Assembly: GCA_963829055.1 (NCBI GenBank)
Contig: CAWHHI010000007.1
Span: forward strand, 1-61,125
DNA: 61,125 nt
Source of the DNA: an uncultured Gemmatimonadaceae bacterium
GTDB taxonomy: Bacteria; Gemmatimonadota; Gemmatimonadetes; Gemmatimonadales; Gemmatimonadaceae
Direction of reading: 5' to 3'
Below the pieces are notes generated by a model. That model searched no databases and was not told the DNA's origin. It saw only the letters and a list, made by a program, of their open reading frames with translations. Made by a program: the position numbers and the translations under genes. Positions 19,628-32,748 of this stretch are shown here, piece after piece; the first letter of the stretch is position 1; every line of letters starts with the position of its first letter.

Positions 19628-21586
19628 CTACGGCACCACGCGGATCGGGAGCGTGCCTAACGTTGCTCCCCTGGTTCGCACGGATCTCGAGACGGAGCGG
19701 CGCTGCCGCGCGCGGAGTGATCTCCACGTCGACCGTCTCGCCGATGCTCAGCGCATACCGCGCCTGACGAGCGCACGTCGCGAACGGCCTCCGGCAGGTC
19801 CGCGCCGTCGCGCGCGAGCAGGCGCCACTGGACGCATCGAGCTGTCCTGCCACACGTCGGCGCGCATCCCGGGACGCGCGAGCGTGATGTTCACGATCCG
19901 GAGCCGATGCGCCACGCCGACGCGCATCTCGATCGGCGGCGGCTCCGCGCGGCCATTGATCAGCACCGAGTTCGCCTCGGCCGCGGAGTCGGCGGGCGAC
20001 GTCACGACTGCGACGAAATCTCGTGCGGGATCGTAGCGCTGGCCGGGCTCGAGGACGATGATCGCGCCCGTCAATCCGCCCGGTTGCTGGTGCGACTCGT
20101 CGATGTGGCTGTGGTAGATGAACGTGCCGGCGCGCGGCGGCGTGAACCGCGCTTCGAACGAGTCCTTCGGCGCGATGACCGGCGACAGGCGAGCGTTCGT
20201 TCCGCTGAATCCCGCGATGCCGTCGTAATAGCTCTCGAGCTCGATGCCGTGCCAGTGTACCGCTGTCGGCCGAGTCATGCCGTTCACGACCGTAATGGAC
20301 ACGGGCTCGCCGCGCGTGACGATGATCGGCGGGCCGATCGCTCTGCTCCAGTCGGGCGTCGGTTCGGACGTGCCTTCGCCTAACGCGAAGTTGAAGCCCG
20401 GTTGACCTGGCGTCGTCGCTCGCTCGGAGGCCACCAGTCGAAACCGATGACGTGCCTCCGCCGACGGTACCACCGCCGGCGACCCGGGCTTTGGCTTCAC
20501 CGTCACGCCGAGCATCAGCCCGCTCATGCCCTGCAGCGCGTGATTCGTGATGTGGACGTGCGACTCCGGCGCGAGCGTCCCGAGCGGGCCACGGGCCATG
20601 ATGTGCTCGGGAATGTGGCAGTGGAACGCCCAGTTCCCGGGCCGCTCCGGGCTCCAGGCCATGGTCATCGTCTGTCCGGGCGACAACAGCTCCGTGACCA
20701 CGCGAGGCCGGCGCGCCTCGGCGAACGTCGTGTCGGTCGAGCCGTCGCCCTTGCTATCGACGCGAAAGTAGAAGCCGTGGAGATGCATCGGATGCGAGTC
20801 GCCCGACGCGTTGAGCACGCGCCAGCGCACGGAGTCGCCCACCGTGTAGGAGAGCCGCTCCGTGCTCGGCCACGATCGACCGTTCACGACCATCAGCAGC
20901 CGCTTTCGGCCGTGAGGCACTGCCCCACCAATGGAGTCGCTCCACATGCCGATGACGAACACACGATCGACGGGCTTCGTACCGGGTTCGTCGACGACGA
21001 TGGCGCCGCCGAGCTGCGCGTCCTCGCGCGTGCGGAACTTGAATGGGCGACCCATGGTCGTCGCCCAGTAGTAGTACGTTCCGGCCGAGGCGAGGCGGAA
21101 CCGAACCTCGCGCTGCTCGCCCGGGGCGAGTCGCAGAGCCGTGTCTGCATCGTGCCCCGGCGTGCTCGCGGTGTCGCGGTCGTACAGGCCGTGGACGAGC
21201 AGCGTGTCGTTAGGCAGCACGTTGCGAACAGTGGCCGAGACGGTGGTGCCGGCGACGACGCGGATGAGCGGCCCGGGGATCTGCAGCGGCTTGCCTGGTT
21301 CGGCGAAGGCCGGGATCGCGGCGCCGGGAGCGGCATCGCCGTCCGGGTGCCAGTCGCCAACGCGCGCCTCGAGCTGTACCGTCAACACGCCGCTCCGCAT
21401 CACACCAGCGGCCACGCGGTTGTCGTTTGCCGTCACGCTCGGCGGACCATTCGTCGCGGCGGCCGCACGCGGAGAGGGTGTCGAATCGCCGGTTGCGAAA
21501 CCCGTGGCGACGACGGCGAGCGACAGCGGAGCCAACGCGCGGAACGCCAAGGGCGCCTCCAGTTCCAGTGCAGCGGCGAGTCCCAA
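19628..21586 (-). CDS. Multicopper oxidase domain protein (3' frameshifts, start uncertain)
   Basis: HPMHLHG, WAFHCHIPEH, VHWHG, FIYHSH copper-binding motifs. Confidence 0.88.
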
Positions 21587-21764
21587 ACCCTGTTGAGTGT
21601 GGGGATTCCGCGGTAGCTGTCAAGATCGTCCGCGAACGAGACCCAGGCGCGGGGAAGGGCGTTTGGGAGGTCTCCGGCGGCTTTCGTCCGCCGCCCTCTG
21701 GTGGGCCGCCACGATTCTCTGCTAAATAGAGCGACATTCACACCCAGCACACGAGGACGGAATC

Positions 21765-24020
21765 ATGCGGCAGCGGACGGTGCGTCGGCGCGCGATCGGC
21801 ATCGCGGCGCTACTCGGCCTAACGACACTCGGGCTTCTGCTCGTCCGGCCCACTCGGTCGAGCGCCGTGCAGGGTGCGCAGGGCACCCAACTCGTGCGCG
21901 GCAACAAGCCCGGCGAATGGCGCTACTGGGGCGGCGACGCGTGGAGCACGCGCTACTCCGCGCTCGATCAGATCAACGCGTCGAACTTCAACTCGCTGCA
22001 GGTCGCCTGGCAGTGGAACGCCGGCACGATCGGCCCGGACGAGTACTATCGCACGACGCCGCTCTACGCGAACGGCCGGCTCTTCACCGTCGCGACCACG
22101 CGGCGCGTCGCGTCGGCGATCGATCCCGCGACCGGCGAGACGCTCTGGAAGTGGGGGCTCGACGAAGGCATCCGCTGGCAGAAGGCGCCGCGCCAGTTCG
22201 CCGGGCGCGGCCTCTCGTACTGGACCGACGGCGCCGAACGAGCGCGTCATCGTCGTCACGCCCGGCTACCACCTGGCGTCGCATCGACGCGAAGACCGGC
22301 AAGCCCGATCCGAAGTTCGGCAAGGACGGCGTCGTCGATCTGATGGACGGACTCGGCCTCCCGCTCGTGCCGCTCGCGGTCGATGACACGGGCTCGCTCA
22401 TCATCAGCGACGCCGCGCCGCCGCGGAAGGCGAAGCCGGGCGAGAAGTGGGATCCGGTCAAGAAGATCGGCGCCGACGGCACGGTCGGCATCGATCCGGC
22501 GCTACGGCCAGATCGCGAACAGCTCGCCGGCCGATCGTCGTCGGCGACGTGATCGTCGTCGGCAACTCGTCGATCCACGGCTACTACCCGATCCGCGCGC
22601 ACAACATTCCGGGCTACGTGCGCGGCTTCGACGTCCACACGGGCAAGCAGCTCTGGAAGTTCAACCTCATTCCGCAGCCCGGCGAGTTCGGCGCGGAGAC
22701 GTGGAAGAACGGATCGAAGATCGGCACGCGACGGCGTCGGCAAGAACGATCCGTGGGCGACGTAGTCGGCGGATCCGGAGCTCGGCCTCGTCTACATCCC
22801 GTCGGCATGCCGCTGCTCGACGAGTACGGCGGCCATCGTCCCGGCGACAACCTGTTCGGCAACAGCCTCGTCGCGCTCGACGTGAAGACCGGCAAGCGGA
22901 AGTGGCACTTCCAGATGGTGCATCACGACATCTGGGACTACGACACGCCGATGGCGCCGAACCTCCTCGACATCACGGTCAACGGGCAGCGGCGCAAGGT
23001 CGATCGCGCAGACGACGAAGCAGGGCTGGGTGTACACGTTCGATCGCGTGACGGGCGAGCCGATCTGGCCGATCGTCGAGACGCCGGTGCTGCAGAGCGA
23101 CGTGCCGGGCGAGCAGACGTCGACGACGCAGCCGATTCCGATCGAAGCCGGCGCCGTACTCGCAGCAGGGGCTCGTCGAGGCGGATCTCATCGACTACAC
23201 GCCGGCGATCAAGGACTCGGCGCTCAAGCTCGCGAAGAAGTGCCGCATGGGTCCGTACTACATCCCGGCGTCGCCGGCCGACGGCAGCACGCCGAGTGGG
23301 CTCAAGTGCTCGTGGTACGCGCCGGGCGCGAGCGGCGGCGTGAACATCGACGGCGGCGCCGCGGTGGATCCGGAGACGGGCATGCTGTACGTCGGCGTCG
23401 CAGATCGGGCATGAGCACGATTCAGCTGCAGAAGGATCCGTGCTCGGAGTTCCGCTACAGCTCGCCGCACGACAGCTGCGGCCTGTTCGGCGCGCTGCCG
23501 GCGCCGGCGGGCTACAAGCCTCCCGCGCGCGAGCGAGCGCGGCGATGGCTTCGAGGGGCGCGCCGCCGGCTCGCAGATCGGCGGCGTCTCGATCGTGAAG
23601 CCGAAGGAGTACGGCGGCATCACGGCGTACGACATGAACTCGGGCGACAAGAAGTGGTGGGTGCCGAACGTCGGCATGATGCCGGCTGACGAGCAACGAC
23701 CCGCTGTTCGCGGGCGTGACGCTGCCGCCGCAGGGCGGGCGCGGCCAGGCGCAGATCATCACGACGAAGACGCTGCGTGATCTACGGCACCGGCCGCAAC
23801 GGCGGCGTGCCGGGACGGCGCGCCGGAGCTCTACGCGGTGGACAAGGCGACGGGCAAGCAGGTCGGCGCGGTGAAGATTCCGGCGCAGACGACGGCGGTG
23901 CCGATGACGTTCATGCACCAGGGGAAGCAGTACATCGTGTTCGCGATCGGCGGCGGGAACGCGCCGTCGCTCGTCGCGTTGACGTTGCCCGGCGCGGCTG
24001 GGACAGGGGGCGCGCGGTAG
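21765..24020 (+). CDS. PQQ-dependent (glucose/quinate-type) dehydrogenase-like protein (multiple frameshifts)
   Basis: RYSALDQINASNF, HRPGDNLFGNSLVALD, WHFQMVHHDIWDYD, PMTFMHQGKQYIV; signal peptide. Confidence 0.88.
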
Positions 24021-24141
24021 TCATTCCGAGCGGAGCCGCGAAGCGGCGGAGTCGAGGAATCGCGATTGTCCCGATAGAGGGCCATCTACCGGGAACCGCA
24101 CGATTCCTCGACTGCGGCCTTCGGCCTCCGCTCGGAATGAC
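24020..24141. repeat. GTCATTCCGAGCG-type hairpin, copy 2
   Basis: GTCATTCCGAGCGGAG..GTCGAGGAATCG..CGATTCCTCGAC..CTCCGCTCGGAATGAC between convergent genes. Confidence 0.85.
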
Positions 24142-24147
24142 TGCATC

Positions 24148-24555
24148 TCACTCCGGTTTGTGGCACACCGCTTCGATGTTGTACCCGTCCGGATCGATCA
24201 CGAACGCGCCATAGTAGTTCGCGTGGTAATTGGGGCGCAGCCCGGGCGCCCCGTTGTCACGCCCGCCGGCCGCCACGGCCGCCTTATGGAAGGCGTCCAC
24301 CGTGGCGCGATCATCACTCGCGAACGCGACGTGGACGAACGGACCGCCACAGCCCGGTTCCGACGGATCCTCGCTCGATCCGACACGAACCGGCTCGCCC
24401 TGCTTGATCCAGAAGTCGGGAATGAACGCCTTGCGGAACCCCGCGCCCGACGAGAGCTCCATCGCGAGCGTGTAGCCTAACGGGGCGAGCGCGGCCTGGT
24501 AGAACCTCTTGCTGCGATCGTAGTCGGCGACGCGGATACTGACGTGGTCGAGCAC
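24148..24555 (-). CDS. VOC/glyoxalase-family protein
   Basis: LDHVSIRV, HVAFASDDR, DNGAPGLRP.YH..YYGAFV.DPDG.NIEAV; AAGGAG RBS. Confidence 0.92.
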   Translation of the reverse strand: MLDHVSIRVADYDRSKRFYQAALAPLGYTLAMELSSGAGFRKAFIPDFWIKQGEPVRVGSSEDPSEPGCGGPFVHVAFASDDRATVDAFHKAAVAAGGRDNGAPGLRPNYHANYYGAFVIDPDGYNIEAVCHKPE

Positions 24556-24700
24556 GTGGTGAGCTCCTTTGGCTGGTTCGAGCGGGGCGGGCATTGGCGG
24601 TACTAACCTACAACCACCGCCGGTATCGCGACGCCATGCTTCCACTCGTCCGAGTCGCGCGCTACACTCTCCGCGACCCGAGGAGGAACCCAGGAATCCG

Positions 24701-27700
24701 ATGCTCCAGCCGTATCTCCGATTTGCGCTCCTGACATCAGCGACATCCGCGCTCGCGTTGACCGTGACAACGGCGCCGAGTCCAACGGATACGACCATTG
24801 CTGGTCGACCGGCGGCCACCGCCCCGCTCGACTCGGCGCTCCTCAAGTCGTACAAGTGGCGGAGCATCGGCCCCGACCGTGGCGGACGCTCCATCGCCGC
24901 CACCGGCGTCAAGGGACGACCGAAAGAGGCGTACTTCGGCGCGGTCGGCGGCGGGCTGTGGAAGACCACCGACGGCGGCCAGAGCTGGACTCCGATCACC
25001 GACGGGCAGGTCAAGAGCGCATCCGTCGGCGCCGTCGCCGTGTCGGAGTCGAATCCCGACGTCGTCTACATCGGCATGGGCGAGACGTGCATTCGCGGCA
25101 ACATCATGGCCGGCGACGGCGTCTACAAATCCACGGATGCCGGCAAGACCTGGACGCATATCGGGTTCGACGGCGGCGCGAAACAGAACATCTCGAAGAT
25201 CCGCGTGCATCCGACGAACCCGGACATCGTCTGGGTCGCGGTGTTCGGTCAGCACGGCGCGCCTAACGAAGAGCGTGGCGTCTTCAAGACCACCGACGGC
25301 GGCAAGACCTGGAAGAAGGTCCTCTACCGCGACGACAAGACAGGCGCGATCGACATCTCGGTGGACCGCACGAACCCGAACGTGCTCTACGCGTCGATGT
25401 GGGAGGCGTACCGCGTCGAATATCAGATGTCGAGCGGCGGCCCTGGTTCGGGGCTGTTCAAATCAACAGATGGTGGCGAGACGTGGCAGGAGATCACGCG
25501 CAACCCCGGGCTGCCTAGCCGGCGTCGTCGGGCGCATTGGCGTGTCGGTGTCGGGTGCGGATCCGAACCGCGTCTACGCGCTCGTCGAGAACGAGAACGG
25601 CGGCCTGTTCAGTCCGATGACGCCGGCGCCACGTGGACGCTCGCGAACGGCGAGCGCAAGCATCCGCCAGCGCGCGTTCTACTACACGCACATCACGGCC
25701 GATCCGAAAAACAAGGACGTCGTCTACGCGCTGAACACGTCGATGTTCCGGTCCACCGACGGTGGCAAGACCCTAACGAGTGTCGCGAGGACGACGCACG
25801 GCGATCATCACGACGTGTGGGTGGACCCCGACGACCCGCAGCACCTCGTGAACGGCAACGACGGCGGCGGCGCGATCTCGACGGACGGCGGCAAGCACTG
25901 GAGCGAGCGAGGCATTTCCGACGGCGCAGTTCTACCACGTCGTCGCTCACGAAGCACGTGCCGTATCACGTCTGCGGATCGCAGCAGGACAACAGCACGG
26001 CATGCGTGTCGAGCGCCGCTCCGAGCGGCTTCGGTGGAGGCGGCGGCGGGGGCAACCCGCTCTACACCGTCGGCGGCGGAGAGCCGGGCTACATCGCGCC
26101 GGATCCGAAGGATCTCGACGTCTTCTTCGGCGGCACGAACAACGGCGGATTCCTCACGCGCTACAACCGCCGCACGGGACAGCTGCGCGAGGTGAACCCG
26201 TACCCGCGCATGTTCCAGGGCGAGCCGTCGAGCGATGTGAAGGAGCGCTGGCAGTGGACGTACCCGATCATCTTCTCGCCGGTCGACTCGAACGTGCTCT
26301 ACGCGTCGTCGCAGCACGTGTGGAAGACGACGAACGGCGGTCAGACCTGGACGAAGATCAGCCCCGACCTCACTCGGCACGACCCGAAGACGATGGGGCC
26401 GTCCGGCGGCCCGATCACGCACGACATGAACAGCCCGGAGATCTACGCCGTCGTCTTCGCGTTAGGCCCGGGCAAGAAGAGCGCGAACGTCATCTGGGCG
26501 GGCTCGGACGATGGCATGATTCACGTCACGCGCAATGGCGGCACGACGTGGACCAACGTCACGCCGAAGGACATGCCCGAGTTCGGGCGAGTGAGCCAGA
26601 TCGACGCGTCGTCGTTCGACGACGGCTCGGCCTACGTCGCCGTGAAGCGACCGCTCCTCAACGACGTTGCTCCGTACATCTTCCGCACGCACGACTTCGG
26701 GAAGACGTGGACGAAGGTCGTGAACGGCATTCGGCCTAACGACTACGTGCACGCCGTCCGCGAGGACCCGACGCGCAAGGGGCTGCTGTACGCCGGTGCG
26801 CAGCACGGCATGTACATCTCCTACGACGACGGCGACAGCTGGCAGACCGTTCTCGCTCAATCTGCCCGACATCCCGATCGCGGACGTGATGGTGGAGCGG
26901 AACTCCATCGCGATCGCGACGCACGGGCGAAGCTTCTACGTGCTCGACAACATCGAGGCGCTCAGGCAGTACACGCCGGCCATCGCGTCGGCGAGCGAGC
27001 CGTACCTGTTCGCGCCTGCGCCCGCGATTCGGTCGGGAACCACCGTCGCGATCCGCTACTGGCTCAAGCAGCCACCGCAAGACACTGACGCTCGACATCC
27101 TCGACGCGAGCGGCAAGGTCGTTCGCACGTACAAGGGCGGCCCGCCGCCGGATACGTCGAAGAAGGCGGACGACGATGATGACGATCGTGAACCGCCGCC
27201 AGCGCCGATGGTCGCGGGGCTCAACACGCAGACGTGGGATCTCCGCTACGCGCCGGCCACGCGATTCCCCAGGATGATCCTCTGGGGCGCGACGACGAAC
27301 GGACCCGTCGCACTGCCGGGCACGTACCAGGTGCGCCTAACGGTGGACGGGAAGACGTTCACGCGCCCGGTGACCGTGCGGAAAAACCCGCTGATCACCG
27401 ACGTCACGCTGGCGGACCTGCGCGAGCAGTTCGACCTCGCGATCCAGATCCGCGACAAGGTGAGCGAGGCGAACGAGGCGGTCATCAAGATCCGGGACCT
27501 GAAGAAGCAGACCGCGGATCGCCTGACGAAATCGCAGGACGCGGCGCTCAAGGCCGCGGCTGACTCGTTCTCGAAGCACGCGAGTGACGTCGAGGAGGCG
27601 ATCTACCAGGTGCGCAATCAGAGCGGCCAGGACCCGCTCAACTTCCCGATCAAGATCAACAACCGGCTGGCGACGCTGCTCCAGACGGTGACGACGGGCG

Positions 27701-27874
27701 AGGGGAAGCCGATCGGCGCAGCGCGTCCCGATCTTCAACGACCTCAAGGGCGAGTTGAAGGTGGAGACGGATCGCCTCGCGAAGGTGCTGGCCGACGACC
27801 TCGTTAGGCTCAACGCGGAGCTCAAGCGACTCGGGTTGCCTGAGGTGACGTTGGCCAAGCCGACGATCTCGTAG
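24701..27874 (+). CDS. Large BNR/VPS10-like repeat secreted protein (glycosyl hydrolase-like; frameshifted)
   Basis: WRSIGPDRGGR and many K[ST]TDGG.[ST]W Asp-boxes; ALPGTYQVRL C-terminal module. Confidence 0.88.
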
Positions 27875-27986
27875 GGAATCGGGACGGGAATCGGGAATCG
27901 GGAATCGAGAACCCTCGGGACGCCTCTCTCAGCGAGAATGGCATCCCGAGGGTTTCGTTCCCGATTCCCTATTCCCGATTCCCGAT
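27874..27986. terminator. Hairpin flanked by GGGAATC heptamer arrays (probable bidirectional terminator/REP)
   Basis: (GGGAATC)n..CCCTCGGGA..TCCCGAGGG..(GATTCCC)n between convergent genes. Confidence 0.6.
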
Positions 27987-28399
27987 CGTCTTGTCCCGCC
28001 CGAACGGATCGCCCGCCAGCGACTCCGTATGCAGCGCGCAGAGCCACTCGCCGTTGCGGCGCACCCACACCGACGAATCGTTGCGCGTCGACGGGCAGCG
28101 TCTTGCCATCGACCACCACCCGCTCGTTCACCTTGTACGCGACGATCGCGACGTCGTCGCCGATGAACTTCACCTGCGCATTCGTTCTCGTCGAAACTGT
28201 ACTGCTTCAGCTCCCACTTGCCGTCGGCCATCATCTTCTCCATCGACGCGCCGTCAATGGCCGAGACGCCCTGTGCGCCGACGATGATGCAACCGTCGTC
28301 GGTCATCTGACCGGCGGTACGGCCGTCCTTCGTCTTCATCGTGTCCCAGAACCGCTTCTCGAGGTCGAGCAACTCCCGTTCCCTTCCGTCGATCGCCAT
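27969..28399 (-). CDS. DUF4440/NTF2-like protein (frameshifted)
   Basis: ELLDLEKRFW..DDVAIVAYKV..SVWVRRNGEWLCALHTES. Confidence 0.8.
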
Positions 28400-28453
28400 A
28401 GCCGTGCCTCGTACGCTTGAGTCGGGCGGCTTCGAAGGAAGAATCAGGCCACG

Positions 28454-30899
28454 TTACTCCGTCCGCAGCGCCTCCATGGGATCGATGCGCGCCGCGCGGC
28501 GTGCAGGGACATACGCCGCGCACACCCCGATCGCCACCAACAGAACCGACGCGGCGACGAGGGACGCCGGATCGAGCGGACTCACGCCGAACAGCTGCGA
28601 CCGCAGCAGCTGTCCCATCACGACCGCTCCGGCAATTCCCAGGAGTGCGCCCCCGCCGACGACGCCGATCACTTCGCCGATCACCAGCCGACGGACGTCG
28701 CGCGGCGTTGCACCGAGCGCCACGCGGACGCCGATGTCGCGCGTCTGCCGACTCACCGCTGACGCCATCACGCCGTAGAGACCAAGCCCGGACAGCAACA
28801 GCGCCACCACGCCAAAGGCAGACATGAGCAGTGCGCTCAACCTCGGCTGCGCGAGCGGCTGATCGAGGAGCTGATCCATCGTCGTCGCATCCCAGAGCGT
28901 GAGATTCGGATTCGCGTCGTGCGCCGCCGCACGAAGCGCCGGCAGCATCACCGCGAGAGGTGCGGTCGTTCGCACGGCAACGAGGCCATTCCAGAACGGA
29001 GGGATCTGGTCCCAATCGAAGTAGATGACCGGACCCGCGTTTCGCAGCTCGCGGAAGTGCGTATCGTTCGCGATGCCGACGACGGTCAACACGTCGCTGT
29101 CTCGCACCTGCTTCAATTGCTTTCCGATCGCGTTCTGCCCTGGCCACAGTTGGCGAGCCAGCGATTCGCTGATCACCACCACCTTCGCGGTGCCCTTCGT
29201 GTCGGCCGCAGTGAACGCTCGCCCCTGGCGCACCGGAATCCGGAACGTGCGGAAATAGTCGGGGCCGACGAACTCGAACGGCACGAACGGATAGCGCTCG
29301 CGCTCCGACTCCGAGACTTCGGCCGGCGCGATCTTCATGATGTAGAACGATTGCCCCTTGAACGGTGCGCTCTCGATCGGCGTCGCGGCGACGACGCCGG
29401 GCGTGGCCTCGAGGCGCGCCACGACCTGCTTGCCCGCCTCGTGTATCTGCTCCTGCGTCGACAGCACGCTTTGCGGACCCGTGAACGAGAGCAGCGACAC
29501 ATGCTCGGCCGAGTAGCCGAGGTCCATCGTCTGGAGTCGCTCGAGCGTGCGAACGAGGAGCGCTGCTCCGGTCAGAAGGATCACGGACAACGCCACCTGC
29601 AACGACACGAGCCAGCGGCGTGTGTTGCGCGCTGACTTGCCCTCGAGCCCCGTGCGCGAGTCGGAGCGCAACACCGAGTACGAGCTCACGCGCGACGCGA
29701 CGAGGCTTGGCAGGAGCCCGAACAGCAGTGTGGCAACGAGCGTGATCGCCGGCGGCCGCGGCAGCTGGTGGACCCGCAACGCCGAGCGCATCGACTCGCG
29801 GTAGCTGCGCCGGTGCCGCCACACGCACGACGCCTAACAACACCTCGGCGATCACGAAGCCGAGCAATCCGCCGACAACCCCCAGGAGGCCGTTCTCGAC
29901 GAAGAACAGTCGCGCGATGTCCGCGTGGCTCGCGCCGAGCGCACGACGCACCGCGATCTCGCGCGTGCGGCCGAGCAGGCGGATGAGCACCAGGTTGCCC
30001 ACGTTCACACACGCGATCAGCAGTAACAGCGCGACGGCGAGCGTCAGCGCGACGATCGCCGGTCGGGAGCTGCCCAGCACCGTGTCGACGAACGAACGGG
30101 CGTCGACGCCCGACACCACGATGTCGGTGCGCGGGGCCTGGCCAGGCCCCGCCGGAGTGCTCGCGAACGGATTGTTGCGTCGAGCGAGAGCGAATACGGC
30201 ATCGCGCGCCGCCGCGATGGTCACTCCGGGCGCGAGCCGGGCGACGATGTCCACCTGCGCCGTGAAATCCGGCGCCAGCGGGACCCATGCATCGGTGCCG
30301 GCGGGATACTCGAAACCCGCCGGCGCCACGCCGACGATGCGTGCTGTCCGACCAGTGTACGGCGTGGTGATGGTGTGGCCGATGATGGCGGTGTCCCCGC
30401 CGAACCGTTTGCGCCACGCGGCGTAGCTCAGCACGATCACCGGCTGGGCGCCGGTGCGGCCGTCCTCGGCGACGAACGTGCGCCCGACGACCGGCCGCAC
30501 GCCTAACACATCGAAGAAGTCCGGCGCTGCGCTCACGGCGTCGAGCACGATCGACGTGGTGCCGTCGATGAACGGATTTGGACTGGGGCCGAGGTGGTAG
30601 AAGCCGGTGACGCCGCGAAACATCGCCGTGTCGCGCGCGATCTCCCGGAGATACGGGTACGGCGCGTCGATATTGGCGCCGCCACGATCCAGTGGATGCA
30701 TGACGACGAGACGGTCCTGCGCCGCCACGGGCAGGCGGTCGGCAAGCACCGTCTTGTAGATCGCGAACATCGCGGTGGACGTGCCGACGCCGAGCCCGAG
30801 AATCGCGACGGTCGCCAGGGCAAAGGTCGGGGCGCGGCCAATGGCGCGGACGGCTACCGCGACGTCGCGGCGAACCCTGCTCAGATGTTCGACGGACAT
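28454..30899 (-). CDS. ADOP-family duplicated ABC permease (frameshift near 29760)
   Basis: LLIACVNVGNL..REIAVRRALGA, QVALSVILL.GA.L, YVPARRAARIDP. Confidence 0.9.
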
Positions 30900-31266
30900 G
30901 GACTGGTGGCGGCGAGCGCGCCTAACGTCGATCGGAGCATGGAGTCCTCGGGTGGGTAGAGCAGACTAGCCGTGCCAACACCGCAAGAACGTACCATCGT
31001 CACACGCTCGGCGCGCCGGTCCCCTCAACGCCTGCTCGAGCTTGCCGGTCACGGAGCAGAAATTCGAGCGGATCGGCGGATGTGACGGTTTCCGTCGCGC
31101 TCTCACGAAGGTCGTGACCTCGGGCGTGTTCGACGTGACGTTCGACGCGAAGGGGCGTACCTCGGCGCCGTCGGGGGATGCTGGGAAGACCAGCGACGGA
31201 GGTCCAGCTGGCCCCCCATCACCGACGGCCACGTGATGCTCATTGCGAGCATCCCGAGGGGTTTCG

Positions 31267-32484
31267 CTACGGAATCGCCAATCCGTATTTCGCGTTGATC
31301 GCCTGAACCGCCGCAGTGGCGAGAATCGCCTGACCTGCGGCGCTCGGGTGCACGCCGTCAAGACTGATGTTCGAGCCGAACGGCGTGCTCGAGAACAGGA
31401 TGTTTGTGAGGCTCAGGCTCGGCTTCGGTAGACCGTACAGCGCGTCGAGGCTGAAGTACGCCCATCCATTCTCGTTCGCCCGCGCCTGCATGTGTGCATT
31501 CATCTGCGCCATCCGGGTGTTGATCGCGCTGATGTCGCCTGACGTGAGCACGTAGTCCACGGCGCCGGGCACGTTCGCGCACGTGGCCGTCGTCGGCGCG
31601 CGCGACACGAGCGTGAGCAAGTATCCTGGCACGAACACGTAGTTCGAGCTCAGATAGCAACTCAGGCTGACCGTGATCCCAAGTGGTAACAGCGCCGGCC
31701 ACTCGTTGAAGAACTCGCGTGCCCGCCGGATGCTCGGGAAGTTGGCCGCATTGTTAGGCAGCCCGACGAGCACGCCGCGCGCGCCAGTCGACTTGACCGC
31801 CGCGAGCACCGCATCGTAGTCGCGCTGCCAGTCCGCGAACGGCGTCATCGCCTCCACGCGACCAGTGCTCGCTGGCAGTACCTCGTTCGCGGCGAGCTCC
31901 ACCGACACGAACGTCGGATTCTTCGCGAGCATGGCCGTCACCTGCGTCTGCCCCGGTGGGAGTACACGCGTGTACAACGCTCCCTTGCGTGCGACGCGGG
32001 CCGTTTCTGTCTCGGGCGTGCTGCGAAGCGCGTCGCGAACCTTCGCGCCAGAGATCGCGACGCTGTTCGTCGGCAGGGTGACGCCGTCGCGCAGCGGTGC
32101 ACAGACGTTCATCACGGCCGTCACGAGGTCGTCACCGAACGCACCGACCAGCACGATCTCGGACACGAGCGGCGGCAGGAGCGGTGGTCCGCACCCCGGG
32201 TCCTGGATGAGCGGTAGTGCGAACGGGACGCCCGCGCGTCGCGCGAGCTCCGCGGGCCACGCGGCGCGTTGGCCGGCGGCGAAGATGCCGGCCGATTGCA
32301 CGCCCTGGCTGTTACTCGTGCCTAACGCGACATAGCGGGCGAGCATCGCCTGCGCCGTCACCGCGCTGACACTCCGGTTTGTTGCGGGGACCGTGGGCGT
32401 GTTGGGCGGACCCGGTGGAGCGATGGGGTCCGTGCACGCGGCAAAGGCCAGCGTCGCGCCAACGAGGGCGAGCGTACGTCTCAT
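31267..32484 (-). CDS. SGNH/GDSL-like lipoprotein hydrolase
   Basis: Lipobox LAFAAC, YVALGTS block I, ANEV block III, SLDGVHP block V. Confidence 0.8.
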   Translation of the reverse strand: MRRTLALVGATLAFAACTDPIAPPGPPNTPTVPATNRSVSAVTAQAMLARYVALGTSNSQGVQSAGIFAAGQRAAWPAELARRAGVPFALPLIQDPGCGPPLLPPLVSEIVLVGAFGDDLVTAVMNVCAPLRDGVTLPTNSVAISGAKVRDALRSTPETETARVARKGALYTRVLPPGQTQVTAMLAKNPTFVSVELAANEVLPASTGRVEAMTPFADWQRDYDAVLAAVKSTGARGVLVGLPNNAANFPSIRRAREFFNEWPALLPLGITVSLSCYLSSNYVFVPGYLLTLVSRAPTTATCANVPGAVDYVLTSGDISAINTRMAQMNAHMQARANENGWAYFSLDALYGLPKPSLSLTNILFSSTPFGSNISLDGVHPSAAGQAILATAAVQAINAKYGLAIP

Positions 32485-32748
32485 CCGACTGCTCCTGCCA
32501 GGCTGCGCGCGAAGCCCGACTACGCGCGGTGCCCTAACGACACCCGCGCGTCCCCGCGCCGCAGGTTCCCGAAACTGCGCCGACGGTCCGGACGGCGCAA
32601 GCGTGCCGTCGGTCAACCGGCGTAGCGCTCTTGCGTGATGGCTTCCGGAGCTTGTCGATGCGCTGGCGATCTCGCGAACCTGCGCTTGAAGCGCCGGCGC
32701 GTCCGACGAGCCCAGCACTGGCCGAGAGCGCTATGACCCCAGGATCGA

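Noticed and set aside
22763..22765. In-frame TAG in the PQQ dehydrogenase (PWAT*SADPELG) as pyrrolysine or recoding
   Set aside because: It lies in an error-rich block and is one substitution from TAC. TAG serves as a normal stop elsewhere and no pyl genes are visible.
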